From Planctomycetota bacterium (lineage in GTDB: Bacteria > Planctomycetota > B15-G4 > SIAN01): 41,604 nt of DNA. Shown here in pieces: positions 8,960-18,992 of this stretch. A program made the translations under genes and the position numbers. How positions within the stretch are numbered: position 1 is the stretch's first letter; every line of letters begins with the position of its first letter. Location of the stretch: assembly GCA_031409275.1 (NCBI GenBank), contig JANNXA010000029.1:1-41604 (forward strand). Direction: 5' to 3'. The notes under the pieces were generated by a model. It ran no database searches, was not told where the DNA came from, and saw nothing but the letters and a program-made list of their open reading frames with translations.

Positions 8960-9697
8960 TCAGCGGACCGCCGACGACGTCTCGGTGAGGTAGAGGAGGC
9001 GCTCGCAGTTGCGGCAGGCCACCAGTTCATCGCCACGGTGCAGGCGAGTGAAGTCGTTGGGCGTCAGGCTCATCTGGCAGCCGCCGCAGATGCGTCCGTC
9101 GGCGGTCACCATCGCCTTGCCCTCGCGCACTTTCAGGACGCGCTCGTAGATCGAGAGCGGCCCCGGTGCGACCTGCTTCGAGAACTCGGTGCGCTCGGCG
9201 ATGTGCTGCTTGAGTTCGACCTGGTAGTCGGCCTCGTCCTTCTTCCATTGCACGAGGTCGGCGTCGACTTCCTGCTTCAGCGAGTCGCGCGTCGACTTGA
9301 GGTCGAGCAACTCGCGCTCGATGTTCTCGATGTTGCCGAGGTGGTCGAGGATGCGGTCCTCGATCGCCGTCTTCTCCTTGCGCAGGCGAGCGACGTGGTC
9401 GCCGAACGCGCGGAACTCCTCGTTGGTGCGCGACTGGCCCTGCGCCCCCTGGATCTTCAGGATCTCCGCATCCTTCGTCTTCACGTCGAGTTCGAGCAGG
9501 CCGATCTGCTTCTTCAGGTCGAGGATGCGCGCCTGCGCTCCGGTCACGCGCGCCTCGCCTTGGCGAAACCGTTCCGCTCGGCGATCGAGGAGCAGCGGCG
9601 TCTCCTTGATCCGCTGCCGGAGGCGCGAGACCTCCTGGTCGATCTTCTGCAACTTCATCAGCAACGCGAGCGTCGCCTTCGCATCGGCCGTCGCCAT
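8960..9697 (-). CDS. Coiled-coil, C4 zinc-ribbon protein (DUF164/zf-RING_7, HP0958/CdsZ-like)
   Basis: LQKIDQE N-terminus, long coiled coil, CGGCQMSL...[19 protein letters not shown]. Confidence 0.9.
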   Translation of the reverse strand: MATADAKATLALLMKLQKIDQEVSRLRQRIKETPLLLDRRAERFRQGEARVTGAQARILDLKKQIGLLELDVKTKDAEILKIQGAQGQSRTNEEFRAFGDHVARLRKEKTAIEDRILDHLGNIENIERELLDLKSTRDSLKQEVDADLVQWKKDEADYQVELKQHIAERTEFSKQVAPGPLSIYERVLKVREGKAMVTADGRICGGCQMSLTPNDFTRLHRGDELVACRNCERLLYLTETSSAVR

Positions 9698-9754
9698 CAA
9701 GCCCTCCTCGTGCCGCCGCCCGCGGCCTGTCCTGCGATCCAGATCGCGTCGCGC

Positions 9755-11416
9755 CTAGCCCGCCTGCCCTTCCCGCTCGAGGAACCCCTCGAGCAGCCGG
9801 CTGCGGATCGGGTGCTGCAGCTTTCGCACCGCCTTCGCCTCGATCTGCCGCACCCGTTCACGGGTCACCTTGAAGATGCGACCGACCTCTTCGAGCGTGT
9901 AGGTGTAGCCGTCGCCGATGCCGTAGCGAAGCTTGATGATCTCGCGCTCGCGGAACGACAGCGTCTGGAGCACCGACGAGATGCGATCCTTGAGCATCTC
10001 CTGGCCGGCGCCCTCGACCGGCGATTCGGCCGTCTCATCCTCGATGAAGTCGCCGAAGTAGCTGTCCTCGCCGTCGCCGATCGGCCGGTCGAGCGAGATC
10101 GGGTGGCGCGCGATCTTGGTGACGCGCTTGGCCTCCTCGAGCGGAACCTTCGCCTCGCTGGCGACCTCCTCGATGGTCGGCTCGCGACCCATCGACTGCA
10201 CCAGCTTCTTCTGGACGTTCCGCAGCTTGCTCATCGTCTCGATCATGTGGACCGGGATGCGGATGGTCCGCGCCTGGTCAGCGATCGAGCGGGTGATGGC
10301 CTGGCGGATCCACCAGGTCGCGTAGGTCGAGAATTTGTAGCCGCGGCGGTACTCGTACTTCTCGACCGCCTTCATCAGGCCGGTGTTGCCTTCCTGGATC
10401 AGGTCGAGGAAGGAGAGACCGCGGTTGCGGTACTTCTTGGCGATCGACACCACGAGGCGCAGGTTGCCCGACGACAGCGCGCGCTTGGCGAAGTCGTAGC
10501 CCTTGTAGCGCGTCTCGATCACGGTGAGGCGGCGGTCGAGGCGCTCGGGCACCTCCATCGCGCGCAGCCCCCATGCCTCGAACGCGGCCTGCGCTTCGGC
10601 GGTGGAATCGCTGTCGCGCGACTTGAGCCGCTTCCACTTGCGCTGGAGCTCGCGCCCCTTGTCCCACTCGTCCTTCAGCAGGTCGATGAGGGGCTTCACC
10701 TTCTTCAGCTGGATCTGCAGCTCTTCGAGCAGCTTGGCGCACTTGCGGCGGCGCCGCACGGCGCGGCGCACCAGCACGGCGCGCTCGTTGGCCGGCACTT
10801 CGCCCTTGATCAGCAGCTCGATCTCGGACTGGTTCTTCAGGTAGAGCTTGCGCAACGTCACCAGGTTCTCGTGGAGACGTTCCTGGATCTCGCTCTTCGC
10901 CGGCTCGGTGCCGCTGGTCGGCACCTTCAGCGTGCGGTCGAAGGCGAGCTTGCCGTCCTTCACGTCCTCGAGGATCTGGATGCCCTGGCGGATGCCGAAG
11001 CCCGAAGAGAGCAGCATGCGGCGGAACGCCGCGCGCGTCTCCTCGATCTGGCGCGCGAGGTTGATCTCCTGGTCGCGCGTCAGCAGCGGGATCTCGCCCA
11101 TCTGCGTGAGGTACATGCGGACCGGGTCGTCGATCTTCTCGCTGCCGCCCGTCTTGGTGAGCTTGCGGGCGCTCTCCTCCTCGTCGGCGCGCTGACGACG
11201 GCCGTCGTCTTCCATCTCCGACTCGTCGACGAGCTCGATGCCGTTCTCTTCGAGCGTCGAGAGCACGTGGTCGATGTTGTCGACCGCGTCTTCTGGGAGC
11301 TCCTGGTTGAGCTCGTCGTAGGTGAGGTAGCCCTTCTTGCGCGCGTTGTCGATCAGCGCACGCACGTAGGGATCCATGCGGTCACGATCGCGCGTCTCGG
11401 TCGAGTCCTTGCCCAT
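9755..11416 (-). CDS. rpoD: Primary RNA polymerase sigma70 factor
   Basis: Region 1.1 [64 protein letters not shown]...[13 protein letters not shown]. Confidence 0.97.
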   Translation of the reverse strand: MGKDSTETRDRDRMDPYVRALIDNARKKGYLTYDELNQELPEDAVDNIDHVLSTLEENGIELVDESEMEDDGRRQRADEEESARKLTKTGGSEKIDDPVRMYLTQMGEIPLLTRDQEINLARQIEETRAAFRRMLLSSGFGIRQGIQILEDVKDGKLAFDRTLKVPTSGTEPAKSEIQERLHENLVTLRKLYLKNQSEIELLIKGEVPANERAVLVRRAVRRRRKCAKLLEELQIQLKKVKPLIDLLKDEWDKGRELQRKWKRLKSRDSDSTAEAQAAFEAWGLRAMEVPERLDRRLTVIETRYKGYDFAKRALSSGNLRLVVSIAKKYRNRGLSFLDLIQEGNTGLMKAVEKYEYRRGYKFSTYATWWIRQAITRSIADQARTIRIPVHMIETMSKLRNVQKKLVQSMGREPTIEEVASEAKVPLEEAKRVTKIARHPISLDRPIGDGEDSYFGDFIEDETAESPVEGAGQEMLKDRISSVLQTLSFREREIIKLRYGIGDGYTYTLEEVGRIFKVTRERVRQIEAKAVRKLQHPIRSRLLEGFLEREGQAG

Positions 11417-11473
11417 CCGTTCTCCGTCGGAACCTGGTGCTCCCCGTCGAGGAGGCCCAGCGTTCCGTTCCGT

Positions 11474-13348
11474 TCAATGCGCGCCCAACTGCGCGTCTGG
11501 CGTTCCATCATCGCCGCGTCGAAAGCGGTCGTACTCTCGCAAGAAATCGGCGGCCGCCGCCGGGTCTCCTCCCGCGAGCGCGGCCTTGTATCGCGTCAAG
11601 ATCTGTTCCGACTGCTCTTTCCGCTGGCGCTGTTTGAACCAGCGCCATGCCCCGTCGAACAACCCATCGGGGTCCGCAGAAACGGGCCGACTTACCAGAT
11701 CCGTCAGCGTTTGTTGAGCCTCAGGCTCACCACCGAGCTTCCCGAGCAGCACGTCCACGATCGCACCGGCGTCGTAGGCGCCTTCTTCTACGAGCAACTC
11801 GAATAGCCGAGCCCGGGGAGAATCACCAAAACGGAGCGGACTTTCCGCCGCGACTGCCGCACCACGAAACTCGGGTTTGAGCAGCAGAGCGATCAGAACG
11901 TCTTCCTCTGCAAGGACTTGCGCCGACGGGATGGAAGTTCCGCTCGCCCGGGAGGGAGCAACTTTCCCGTTGGGAGCGTCAGAACCGCCTCCTTGGGCGG
12001 AGTTCCCCGCATCGGCAGAACTCGCCGCTGCGAACGGCCGCGGTCCCCGCCGCACACCGCGCAGCCCGAGCGCCACGTCGAGGTCGGCGGCGGGCAGGTC
12101 GAGCGCGCGGGCGAGGTGCTCCACCACCTGGGTCCGCACGAGCGGATCGGCGAGCCCCTGGAAGTTGGCCCCGACCTGGCGCGCGATCCGGATGCGCTCC
12201 TCGATCGCCCGCGCCGTGCGGCCGCCCGCCCGCTCGATCAGGAATTCGAGGCCGGCAACGGCATCGCGCTGCAGCAGCAGGTCGAAGTCGGCGCGGCTCG
12301 CGCCCCGCGCAAAGTAGTCGCCCGGGTCCTTGTCGCCCTTCAGCACCAGCACCTTCACGTCGAGCTTCTCGGCGACCAGCAGCGGCACCGCTCGCTCGGC
12401 CGCGCGCTGCCCCGCCGTGTCGCTGTCGAGGAAGAGCACCGCCTTCGGCGCGAGGCGCGCGAGATGGCGAGCATGGTCGGCGGTGACCGACGTGCCGAGC
12501 GCGGCGATGGCGAGATCGAGCCCGCCTTGATGGGCGAGGATCACGTCCATGTAGCCCTCGACCAGCACGACGAGTCCCGCTTTCAAGATCGCCGCACGCG
12601 CCTGATCGAGCCCGTAGAGGACGTGGCTCTTGCTGAAGACGAGCGTCTCGCGCGAGTTGATGTACTTCGGGTTGCGCTCGTCGTCGTCGCGCAGCCGCCT
12701 GCCGCCGAACGCGATGACGCGCCCACGCTCGTCGCGAATCGGGATCGTCACCCGATCGCGCATCGAGTCGACGAGTTCGCCATCCTCCTCGCGATCGACC
12801 GCGATGCCGGCCGCGACGACGTCCTCGCGCCGATGGCCCGCCTTCACCAGCCGTTGCGAGATCACGTTGGAGCGCCACCCGTCGCCGGTCACCGGCGCGT
12901 AGCCGATCCCGAAACGATCGATCACCGCGGGCTGCAGCCGTCGCGACTCGAGCAGCGCACGCGCGGCATCGCCGACCGAGCTCGCGTACGCCTTGCGATA
13001 GAGCTCCTGCGCATCGGCGAGCGCCCGCAGCGCGCGATCACGCTCGTCGCGCTGTTCGCTCGATCCGCTGTTCGTCAGCGTGATCCCCTTCTCCTCGGCG
13101 AGCTGCTGCAGCGCCTCGACCCGCGAGATGCGCAGGTGCTCGGAAAGGAAGGTGAAGACGTCGCCGCCCTTTCCACAGCCGAAGCACTTGAAGTAGCTCT
13201 GACCGATCGGGATCCCGAACGAGGGCGACTTCTCGTGATGGAATGGGCAGCAACCGACCATGCGCGCGCCGGCTCGCTTGAGCTCGACGTGTCGCGAGAC
13301 GATGTCGACGAGGTCGACCATCTCCTTGACGCGCGCGAAGTCGTCCAT
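11474..13348 (-). CDS. dnaG: DNA primase
   Basis: CPFHHEKSPSF...CFGC zinc finger, FGGR, PKYINS, VEGYMDV TOPRIM, KDPGD. Confidence 0.96.
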   Translation of the reverse strand: MDDFARVKEMVDLVDIVSRHVELKRAGARMVGCCPFHHEKSPSFGIPIGQSYFKCFGCGKGGDVFTFLSEHLRISRVEALQQLAEEKGITLTNSGSSEQRDERDRALRALADAQELYRKAYASSVGDAARALLESRRLQPAVIDRFGIGYAPVTGDGWRSNVISQRLVKAGHRREDVVAAGIAVDREEDGELVDSMRDRVTIPIRDERGRVIAFGGRRLRDDDERNPKYINSRETLVFSKSHVLYGLDQARAAILKAGLVVLVEGYMDVILAHQGGLDLAIAALGTSVTADHARHLARLAPKAVLFLDSDTAGQRAAERAVPLLVAEKLDVKVLVLKGDKDPGDYFARGASRADFDLLLQRDAVAGLEFLIERAGGRTARAIEERIRIARQVGANFQGLADPLVRTQVVEHLARALDLPAADLDVALGLRGVRRGPRPFAAASSADAGNSAQGGGSDAPNGKVAPSRASGTSIPSAQVLAEEDVLIALLLKPEFRGAAVAAESPLRFGDSPRARLFELLVEEGAYDAGAIVDVLLGKLGGEPEAQQTLTDLVSRPVSADPDGLFDGAWRWFKQRQRKEQSEQILTRYKAALAGGDPAAAADFLREYDRFRRGDDGTPDAQLGAH

Positions 13349-13352
13349 CAGC

Positions 13353-13502
13353 CGTGTCCTGAGCTCGAAGTCCGCATCACCATTCGAGGCGCCGCTCGCG
13401 CATGGAGTGGTGGAGGCCCCTCATCGACTTCCCTCGAAGTTGACGTCGTCGGCCCTGCGCGCCCCATCTGAAGCTCGCATCCGACTTTGCTCCCGAACTT
13501 CG
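13353..13502 (-). repeat. MITE/RPE-like palindromic element, copy 2 (inverted, one TIR truncated)
   Basis: Gap-free hand alignment to 6073-6222 gives about 124/150 identities; fills nearly the whole rsmA-dnaG intergenic space. Confidence 0.85.
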
Positions 13503-14423
13503 CTAGCCCGGCGCCACTTCCCCACCACCCGGCCCGTGGCTCGCGGTCGGAGTCGCCGTCGGGCTCGCGGCGATCGCATCGGCGAGCGCGTACCACTCGA
13601 CGAGCGACAGTTCCTCGGGGCGTCGCTTGAGCAGCACCGGATCGACCTGCTGCAGCGCCTCGTCGCCCGCGACCTCGAGCAGGCCGCGCCGCAAGGTCTT
13701 GCGCCGCGCCTGGAAGGCCGCACGAATCAGCGGCTCGAGCTGAGGCCGGCGCGCGAGCTCGGCGCGGCGACCGTTGTCAGGGACGATCTCGGCGATGGCG
13801 CTGTCGACCTTGGGCGGCGGGACGAACGCCCCCGCCGGGACGACGAAGCGCCGCTTCACGTGGGCGCGCAACTGGATCAGCAGCGTGAGCAGTCCGACTT
13901 CGCGCGCTCCCGGCACGGCGACCATCCGATCGGCCACCTCGCGTTGCACCATCACGATGATCCGCTCCGGCGGCACCGAAGCGCGCACCAGATCGACGAG
14001 GAGCGGCGACGCAATCGCGTAGGGCAGATTGCTGATCACGAGCGGCGAACGGCTGCCGCGCGCGGCCAGACGGGCGACGACTTGCGTCGCGGTCGCCAAG
14101 GCATCCTCGACACGCAGGTCGAGCGTGCCGCGTCCCACCAACGCGAGCGCCGTCGCGCGCGCCCACTCGGGATCGAGCTCGATCGCGGTGACGTTCGCGC
14201 CGGCCTCGAGCAGCGCTGCGGTCAGGCCACCCGGCCCCGGTCCGATCTCGACCACCTCGCGACCGCGCAGATCGCCGGCGCTCGCAACGATCCGGCGCAG
14301 CAGCACGGCATCGAGGAGGAAGTTCTGCGACAAGCGCTTCTTCGCCACGACCGCGCGCGCCCGCAGCGCCGCACGCACACCGGCGAGGTGCTTTTCCAGG
14401 AATCCATCCGCGAACATTTTCAC
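13503..14423 (-). CDS. rsmA: 16S rRNA m6,2A dimethyltransferase
   Basis: KKRLSQNFL, VEIGPGPGGLT, SNLPYAIASP, MVQREVADR, AFVPPPKVDSA, AFQARRKTL. Confidence 0.95.
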   Translation of the reverse strand: MKMFADGFLEKHLAGVRAALRARAVVAKKRLSQNFLLDAVLLRRIVASAGDLRGREVVEIGPGPGGLTAALLEAGANVTAIELDPEWARATALALVGRGTLDLRVEDALATATQVVARLAARGSRSPLVISNLPYAIASPLLVDLVRASVPPERIIVMVQREVADRMVAVPGAREVGLLTLLIQLRAHVKRRFVVPAGAFVPPPKVDSAIAEIVPDNGRRAELARRPQLEPLIRAAFQARRKTLRRGLLEVAGDEALQQVDPVLLKRRPEELSLVEWYALADAIAASPTATPTASHGPGGGEVAPG

Positions 14424-16879
14424 CGTTCCCCTTCATGCCACGACTGGCGCCGCCGCCAGGTCGATTCGCAATCGGCGGCGAGCTTGGCGCTCGCCGCTTC
14501 CGGCTCGCGCAATGCAACGAGCCGCCCGTCGCCAAGCAACGTCCAAATTTCGCCGCCGCCGTCGCCGTTGGCATCGACCATCAGGATGCGCCCAAGCGGC
14601 GGGCGCACGACGCCGACCGTATCCACCACCGAGCCATCGCCAAGCCTCCGAATCCAAGCCGAGTGGGTCGTCGGCTGACTCAGGACGACTCCGTGGTTGC
14701 CGGAACCGAACAACCGCTCCGCAATCGAGGCCTCACCGGCGAGCTCGAATGCGAAGTTGGCGCGCCGCCCGGCGATCGAAACCCCGACCCAGCGGCCCTG
14801 GCGCGTCCGCAGCACCAGCGTGTCGCCGTCGGGGGAGCGCGCAGCGAGGGTCGGCTGGCCGCCGAGGCCGAGGCGATCCGCCACCGCGTAGGTCGCCACC
14901 CCCTCACCGAGCCCCAGCAGCCGTTCCCCGTCGAGCGAAAGCAGGAATGGCTCGGAGCAGCCGCTCGGCGACGGCGGAATCAGGGTCGCCCGCCCGTCGA
15001 CCGCCAGTGGCACCGGCGGCAGCACGCTGCCAGCCTCGCTGCGCAGCAACCACGGCTGGCCGCCGCCGTCGTCGAGCAGGTAGGAGTTGGCGCGCGTCAG
15101 AGGGCGCAGGTAGCGCTGCGCCGAGTTGGCGACGGTCAGCACATCGACTCGCGGCAGCGCGCCGCCTTCGGGGGCGAAACGCCAGCGCAACTGCGTCCGA
15201 TCACCGACACGCTGCTCGTCATCACTGATCAGCCAGTGCGAGCGTGTCACCAGATCGGGACCGAGCAGCTGCGCGTTCACCCACGCGAACGGAACGCTCA
15301 CGTACCCCTTGGGGCTCGCCCAACCCGCCGGCAAGTCGATCGGCAGCGCCTCGAGGATCAGCACGAGCAGCCCGTCACCGCCGGCCGGAGGCGGCGTGAC
15401 GTAGAGCTCTCCCGGCAAGGTCCGTTCGCGGACCCCTTCGCGGCCGAAGCGCACGATGCGGGTGAGCGACACGGTTTCGAGCGGCACCGCCGGGTCGCTC
15501 TCGGCGGGCCACTGCTGCAGCTTCTGGACGAACCACACCGCCCCATCGGCGCCGGCGTCGCTCACGGCAAACGTCGGCGGCGACTGCTCCTGGCCCGCGG
15601 CGGGCGCCTGCTCGCAATGGCCATCTTCGAGATCGACCAACGCGATCTCGCCGCGCGGACCGTAGACGCAGGCCGCGGCGCGTCCGCTCGCGGTGGTCAA
15701 CCAGGGGGCGCGCGTCATCGCGCCGGCGAACGGCAGATCGAAGCGGCGCAGCTCGCGCCCGTCGCTGCCCGCGAGTCGGCGCACGCGGCCCGGCTCGCTC
15801 ACGATGAGATCGCGTCCGTCGGCGCTGCGCTCGATCTCGCCTCGAAACGACGTGACGTCGCTGCTGGCCAACTGCTGTTCGCAACGGATTCGACGCGCGA
15901 AGGCGCGCGCACGCACGTACGGCAGGATCTGGTTGTCGCCGTACGGCCAGGCACCAACCGCCAGCAACTCGGCGATCGCTGCCGCACGTGCCGAACCGGT
16001 GAGCGCTTCGACCTCGGCGAACGCGGCGTCGAGCGTCGCAGCGACATCGCGGATGACGCAGCGCATGCCGATGTCGTCCCGCCGCGACTCAGGCGCGACC
16101 CGCTCCTGCCACGGTTCGAGCAGCTCCTCGTCGAGGTCGTGACGCGATCCGGTCGCGAGCGGCGCCCCGACGTTCGCCGGAGCACCATCCTGGCAATGCT
16201 TCCAGAACGACCCGCCGAGCACGAAGCACAGCTCGGGTCCGAACGCCGCGGTCGTCGTCCACTCGGCGACGTTGCCGATCACGTCGTAGCAGCCACGCGA
16301 GGTGCGGCCGAGCTCATACGATCCGACCGGCATCGGCGCGCCGAGCTCGCTGTACGCCGAATTGCAGGCGCCAGTGAACGCGCGCGGTCGCCATGGAAGA
16401 TCGCCGTCGCGAAGGCTCGGGCAGGCACGCAGCCATTCGTCGCGAGTCGGCAGCGACTTGCCGCGCCAACGGGCGTACGCGTCTGCGTCCGCAAGCGAGA
16501 TGTGGCGGACCGGGGAGTCAGCTTCGGGCGGCTCGCGGCGTCCGTCGACCTGCCGCCAGTGGCGCAGGAACTCGTTGGCGTCCGCAGGTACGTAGTGCGT
16601 CGCTTCGAGGAACACGGCAAATTCGCCGTCGGTGACCTCGAATCGATCGATCAAGAGGTCCTCGTCACTGCCGGCCGTCGCGTCGCGCGGCCCGGGAACG
16701 AGCACCATGTCCACGAGCGCAGGAAACCGCGGCCCCGACGCGGACGCGGAGTCTGGAAGTTGCTCCGTGGCTGGCGCGCACGCGACGGCGCCGACAGCGA
16801 GCAGCAAGGAGCCGACCGCCTTTTGAGCCCTCGGCCCGTGCGCCTCGGCCGCGGAGGCCGAGGCGCACAGGAGGGGCAT
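14420..16879 (-). CDS. FGE-sulfatase (SUMF1-fold) domain lipoprotein with beta-rich C-terminal region (819 aa)
   Basis: LAVGAVAC lipobox-like motif; IDRFEVT, PVRHISLADADAYARWRGKSLPTRDEW, YDVIGNVAEW, GGSF, IGMRCV; DANGDGGGEI near the C-terminus. Confidence 0.8.
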   Translation of the reverse strand: MPLLCASASAAEAHGPRAQKAVGSLLLAVGAVACAPATEQLPDSASASGPRFPALVDMVLVPGPRDATAGSDEDLLIDRFEVTDGEFAVFLEATHYVPADANEFLRHWRQVDGRREPPEADSPVRHISLADADAYARWRGKSLPTRDEWLRACPSLRDGDLPWRPRAFTGACNSAYSELGAPMPVGSYELGRTSRGCYDVIGNVAEWTTTAAFGPELCFVLGGSFWKHCQDGAPANVGAPLATGSRHDLDEELLEPWQERVAPESRRDDIGMRCVIRDVAATLDAAFAEVEALTGSARAAAIAELLAVGAWPYGDNQILPYVRARAFARRIRCEQQLASSDVTSFRGEIERSADGRDLIVSEPGRVRRLAGSDGRELRRFDLPFAGAMTRAPWLTTASGRAAACVYGPRGEIALVDLEDGHCEQAPAAGQEQSPPTFAVSDAGADGAVWFVQKLQQWPAESDPAVPLETVSLTRIVRFGREGVRERTLPGELYVTPPPAGGDGLLVLILEALPIDLPAGWASPKGYVSVPFAWVNAQLLGPDLVTRSHWLISDDEQRVGDRTQLRWRFAPEGGALPRVDVLTVANSAQRYLRPLTRANSYLLDDGGGQPWLLRSEAGSVLPPVPLAVDGRATLIPPSPSGCSEPFLLSLDGERLLGLGEGVATYAVADRLGLGGQPTLAARSPDGDTLVLRTRQGRWVGVSIAGRRANFAFELAGEASIAERLFGSGNHGVVLSQPTTHSAWIRRLGDGSVVDTVGVVRPPLGRILMVDANGDGGGEIWTLLGDGRLVALREPEAASAKLAADCESTWRRRQSWHEGER

Positions 16880-16886
16880 GCTTGCG

Positions 16887-17597
16887 TCAGCTCTTCTTCG
16901 GAACGGCGACGTGGATCTCCACGCGGCGATTCTTCGCCTTCGCCGCATCAGTCGCGCCCTTGTCGATCGGAGAGTTCGGACCGAACCCGACGAGGGTGAA
17001 GGAGGACTCGGGAACCTTGCCTTCCTTCGACAGCGTCGCGAACACGGCAAGCGCACGCTCGATCGCGAGTTCGTGGTTGCCGAGCGGGTACTTCGCCTTC
17101 GTCCGAACCACCGGATCGGCGTCGGTGTGGCCGTCGATGCGGATGTTGCGGTAGCCCTTGTCGTTGATCTCGCGGGCGATCGTCAACAGCGCCTTCTTGC
17201 CGCTCTCGCGCAGATCGTTCGAACCCGGGTCGAAGAGCAATGCGTCGGCGATGCGATAGCCGAAGCCCGCATCGGTGCGGAAGACTTCGACGCCGTCGAC
17301 GGCGTTGTCGACCGGGAACGGCTTCTGCGCCGCTTCGAGCGCCTTCTGGAGTTCGAGGATGCGGCCCTTGTCAGCCTGCGCCTCCTGCGAGAGCGCGCCG
17401 AACTGCTCATCCTTCTCGCGAAGCTGAGCGTTCAGATCACCGAGCTGGCCCTGGTGCCGGCCAAGCTCGTCTTCGAGCTGGCGGCGCGCCTGCAGTTCCG
17501 AGCTGTACTCGGTCGCGAGGCGGTCATACCGGCTTTGCGAAACACAGCCCGACGCCGCAAGCAGCGCGAGGGTCAACGATCCCATCCACGTCTTCAT
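16887..17597 (-). CDS. OmpA/MotB-family peptidoglycan-binding lipoprotein (236 aa)
   Basis: GGGGAGG RBS; LLAASGC lipobox; coiled coil; LLFDPGS, IDGHTD, NHELAIERA, NRRVEI. Confidence 0.9.
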   Translation of the reverse strand: MKTWMGSLTLALLAASGCVSQSRYDRLATEYSSELQARRQLEDELGRHQGQLGDLNAQLREKDEQFGALSQEAQADKGRILELQKALEAAQKPFPVDNAVDGVEVFRTDAGFGYRIADALLFDPGSNDLRESGKKALLTIAREINDKGYRNIRIDGHTDADPVVRTKAKYPLGNHELAIERALAVFATLSKEGKVPESSFTLVGFGPNSPIDKGATDAAKAKNRRVEIHVAVPKKS

Positions 17598-17836
17598 TCG
17601 AACCTCCCCATGCTCGTTGCAGGTGCAGCTGAAGGCACCAACGAGCAGCCACCGATCGGAGCACGCCTCACCGCGCGACTCGGCTCGCGGACACCGGAAC
17701 CGTCCCGTTCCCCGTCCACCTGCCGCCCGCGCTGCCGCGATGCGTCGGCTCCAAGCACGTCTGTGACGCGAGCGCGAAAGACCCGCCAAGATCTTCCGCG
17801 CCCGCGCTCGACTCGATCTCGTGCCGAGATCGCGTC

Positions 17837-18376
17837 TTACTTCTTGTCCTTGAACATGTCGGCGATGTTGCTCCACGGACCGGACCGTGTCGCCTTCGCC
17901 GAATCGAACGCCGCGAGCACACCGACGAAGAGCACCAGCGTCGCGACGATGATCGCGACCTTCCAGCCAGCGCCCTCGGTCACCGCGTCGTCCTCGACCG
18001 TCACCCGCTTGCGCGCCGTCGCCGACGCGCTGCTCGAACGCGAGGCGCGAGCCGGCGCCTTCGCCGCGGCCGGTGCCGGAGCTTGTTCCTCGAGGAAGGA
18101 GTCGTCCGCAATCGCCGCGGTCGCCATCCCGACTTCCTGGTTCGCGTCGTCTTCGTCGAAGACGAGCTCTTCAGGAACGTCTTCCTTGGACAGCGTCTCG
18201 TCCTTGGAAGCGTCGCGGGCGCGTCGGAATCGCTCGACGTCCTCTTTCTTGAACTTCATCTTGTCTTGGTCGCGGAACGCCCGAATTTCGCCTTCGGAGA
18301 CGAGGCGCTTCAGCTCCTCCTCCTGCATGGCGAGATCACGCAGAACCTTGTCGAACGAGACGAATTCGTCAGCCAC
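17837..18376 (-). CDS. Protein with N-terminal HTH (HTH_17/MerR-like), acidic linker and C-terminal TM helix (179 aa)
   Basis: GTG after GGAGG; LKRLVSEGEIRAFRD...KFKKEDVE; acidic middle; TM VAIIVATLVLFVGVLAAF. Confidence 0.8.
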   Translation of the reverse strand: MADEFVSFDKVLRDLAMQEEELKRLVSEGEIRAFRDQDKMKFKKEDVERFRRARDASKDETLSKEDVPEELVFDEDDANQEVGMATAAIADDSFLEEQAPAPAAAKAPARASRSSSASATARKRVTVEDDAVTEGAGWKVAIIVATLVLFVGVLAAFDSAKATRSGPWSNIADMFKDKK

Positions 18377-18452
18377 CGAAGAAGACCTCCGAGTCTGGTT
18401 CCAGCAACGCGCGACATGCCGTCGCAGCCGTCGCCATGGAACGCGCGAGAGC

Positions 18453-18836
18453 TTAGCTCCCGTCGCGCTTGTCTGCTGCCTTCGTTTCTTCCGGACCACC
18501 CGCCGCCGTCTTCTTCAGGCGACCTAGCTCCTCGAAGCTGTACTCCGAGCGATCACGGAACTTGGCAAGGTCGAGGTCATGCTCGATCTTGCGCGCCCCG
18601 AGCAGGCGCAGCCCGCCCGCATCTCCCGGGGTCGCCTCGTACACCGCCAAGTTGCGCGTCTCCGGGTCGACCACCCAGAGGAACGCGCTCGTCGCACCGA
18701 TGGTCGAACTGATCAAGAGCTTCGACCCCGCCGCGTCGTCGCGGCGCTCCGTGTCGGAGTCTGACCAACGGGCCATCCCGAGCAGGCAGAGGCCTGCCAC
18801 GGTCAGCACAGCAAGGGTGGTACGACGGGGATTCAC
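18453..18836 (-). CDS. Small exported hypothetical protein (127 aa)
   Basis: AGGAG RBS; signal-like N-terminus; LWVVDPETRNLAVYE...LRLLGARKIEHDL. Confidence 0.7.
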   Translation of the reverse strand: MNPRRTTLAVLTVAGLCLLGMARWSDSDTERRDDAAGSKLLISSTIGATSAFLWVVDPETRNLAVYEATPGDAGGLRLLGARKIEHDLDLAKFRDRSEYSFEELGRLKKTAAGGPEETKAADKRDGS

Positions 18837-18992
18837 GATGGCACTCCTACCAAGGAGGCGCCCTTCCGGTAACCCGGACGCGCTCCTGGTGCAGCGCGGT
18901 CATCTTGCCGACGGCGCGACGCGATTGCTTGCTCGAAGAGCCGCCGGCCGACCCGGTCCGCGCACCTCTTCCGAGAGGTCAACGCCGCTTGC

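Noticed and set aside
9038..11806. 922-aa plus-strand ORF and similar long ORFs (7071-8993, 14435-16999, 23521-26547, 27798-30569, 33523-35415)
   Set aside because: Antisense shadows of well-supported genes, expected in high-GC DNA; no motifs.
13348..13596. 82-aa ORF similar to the N-terminal extension of ORF 6045-6974
   Set aside because: The similarity comes entirely from the palindromic repeat; no evidence of an independent gene.
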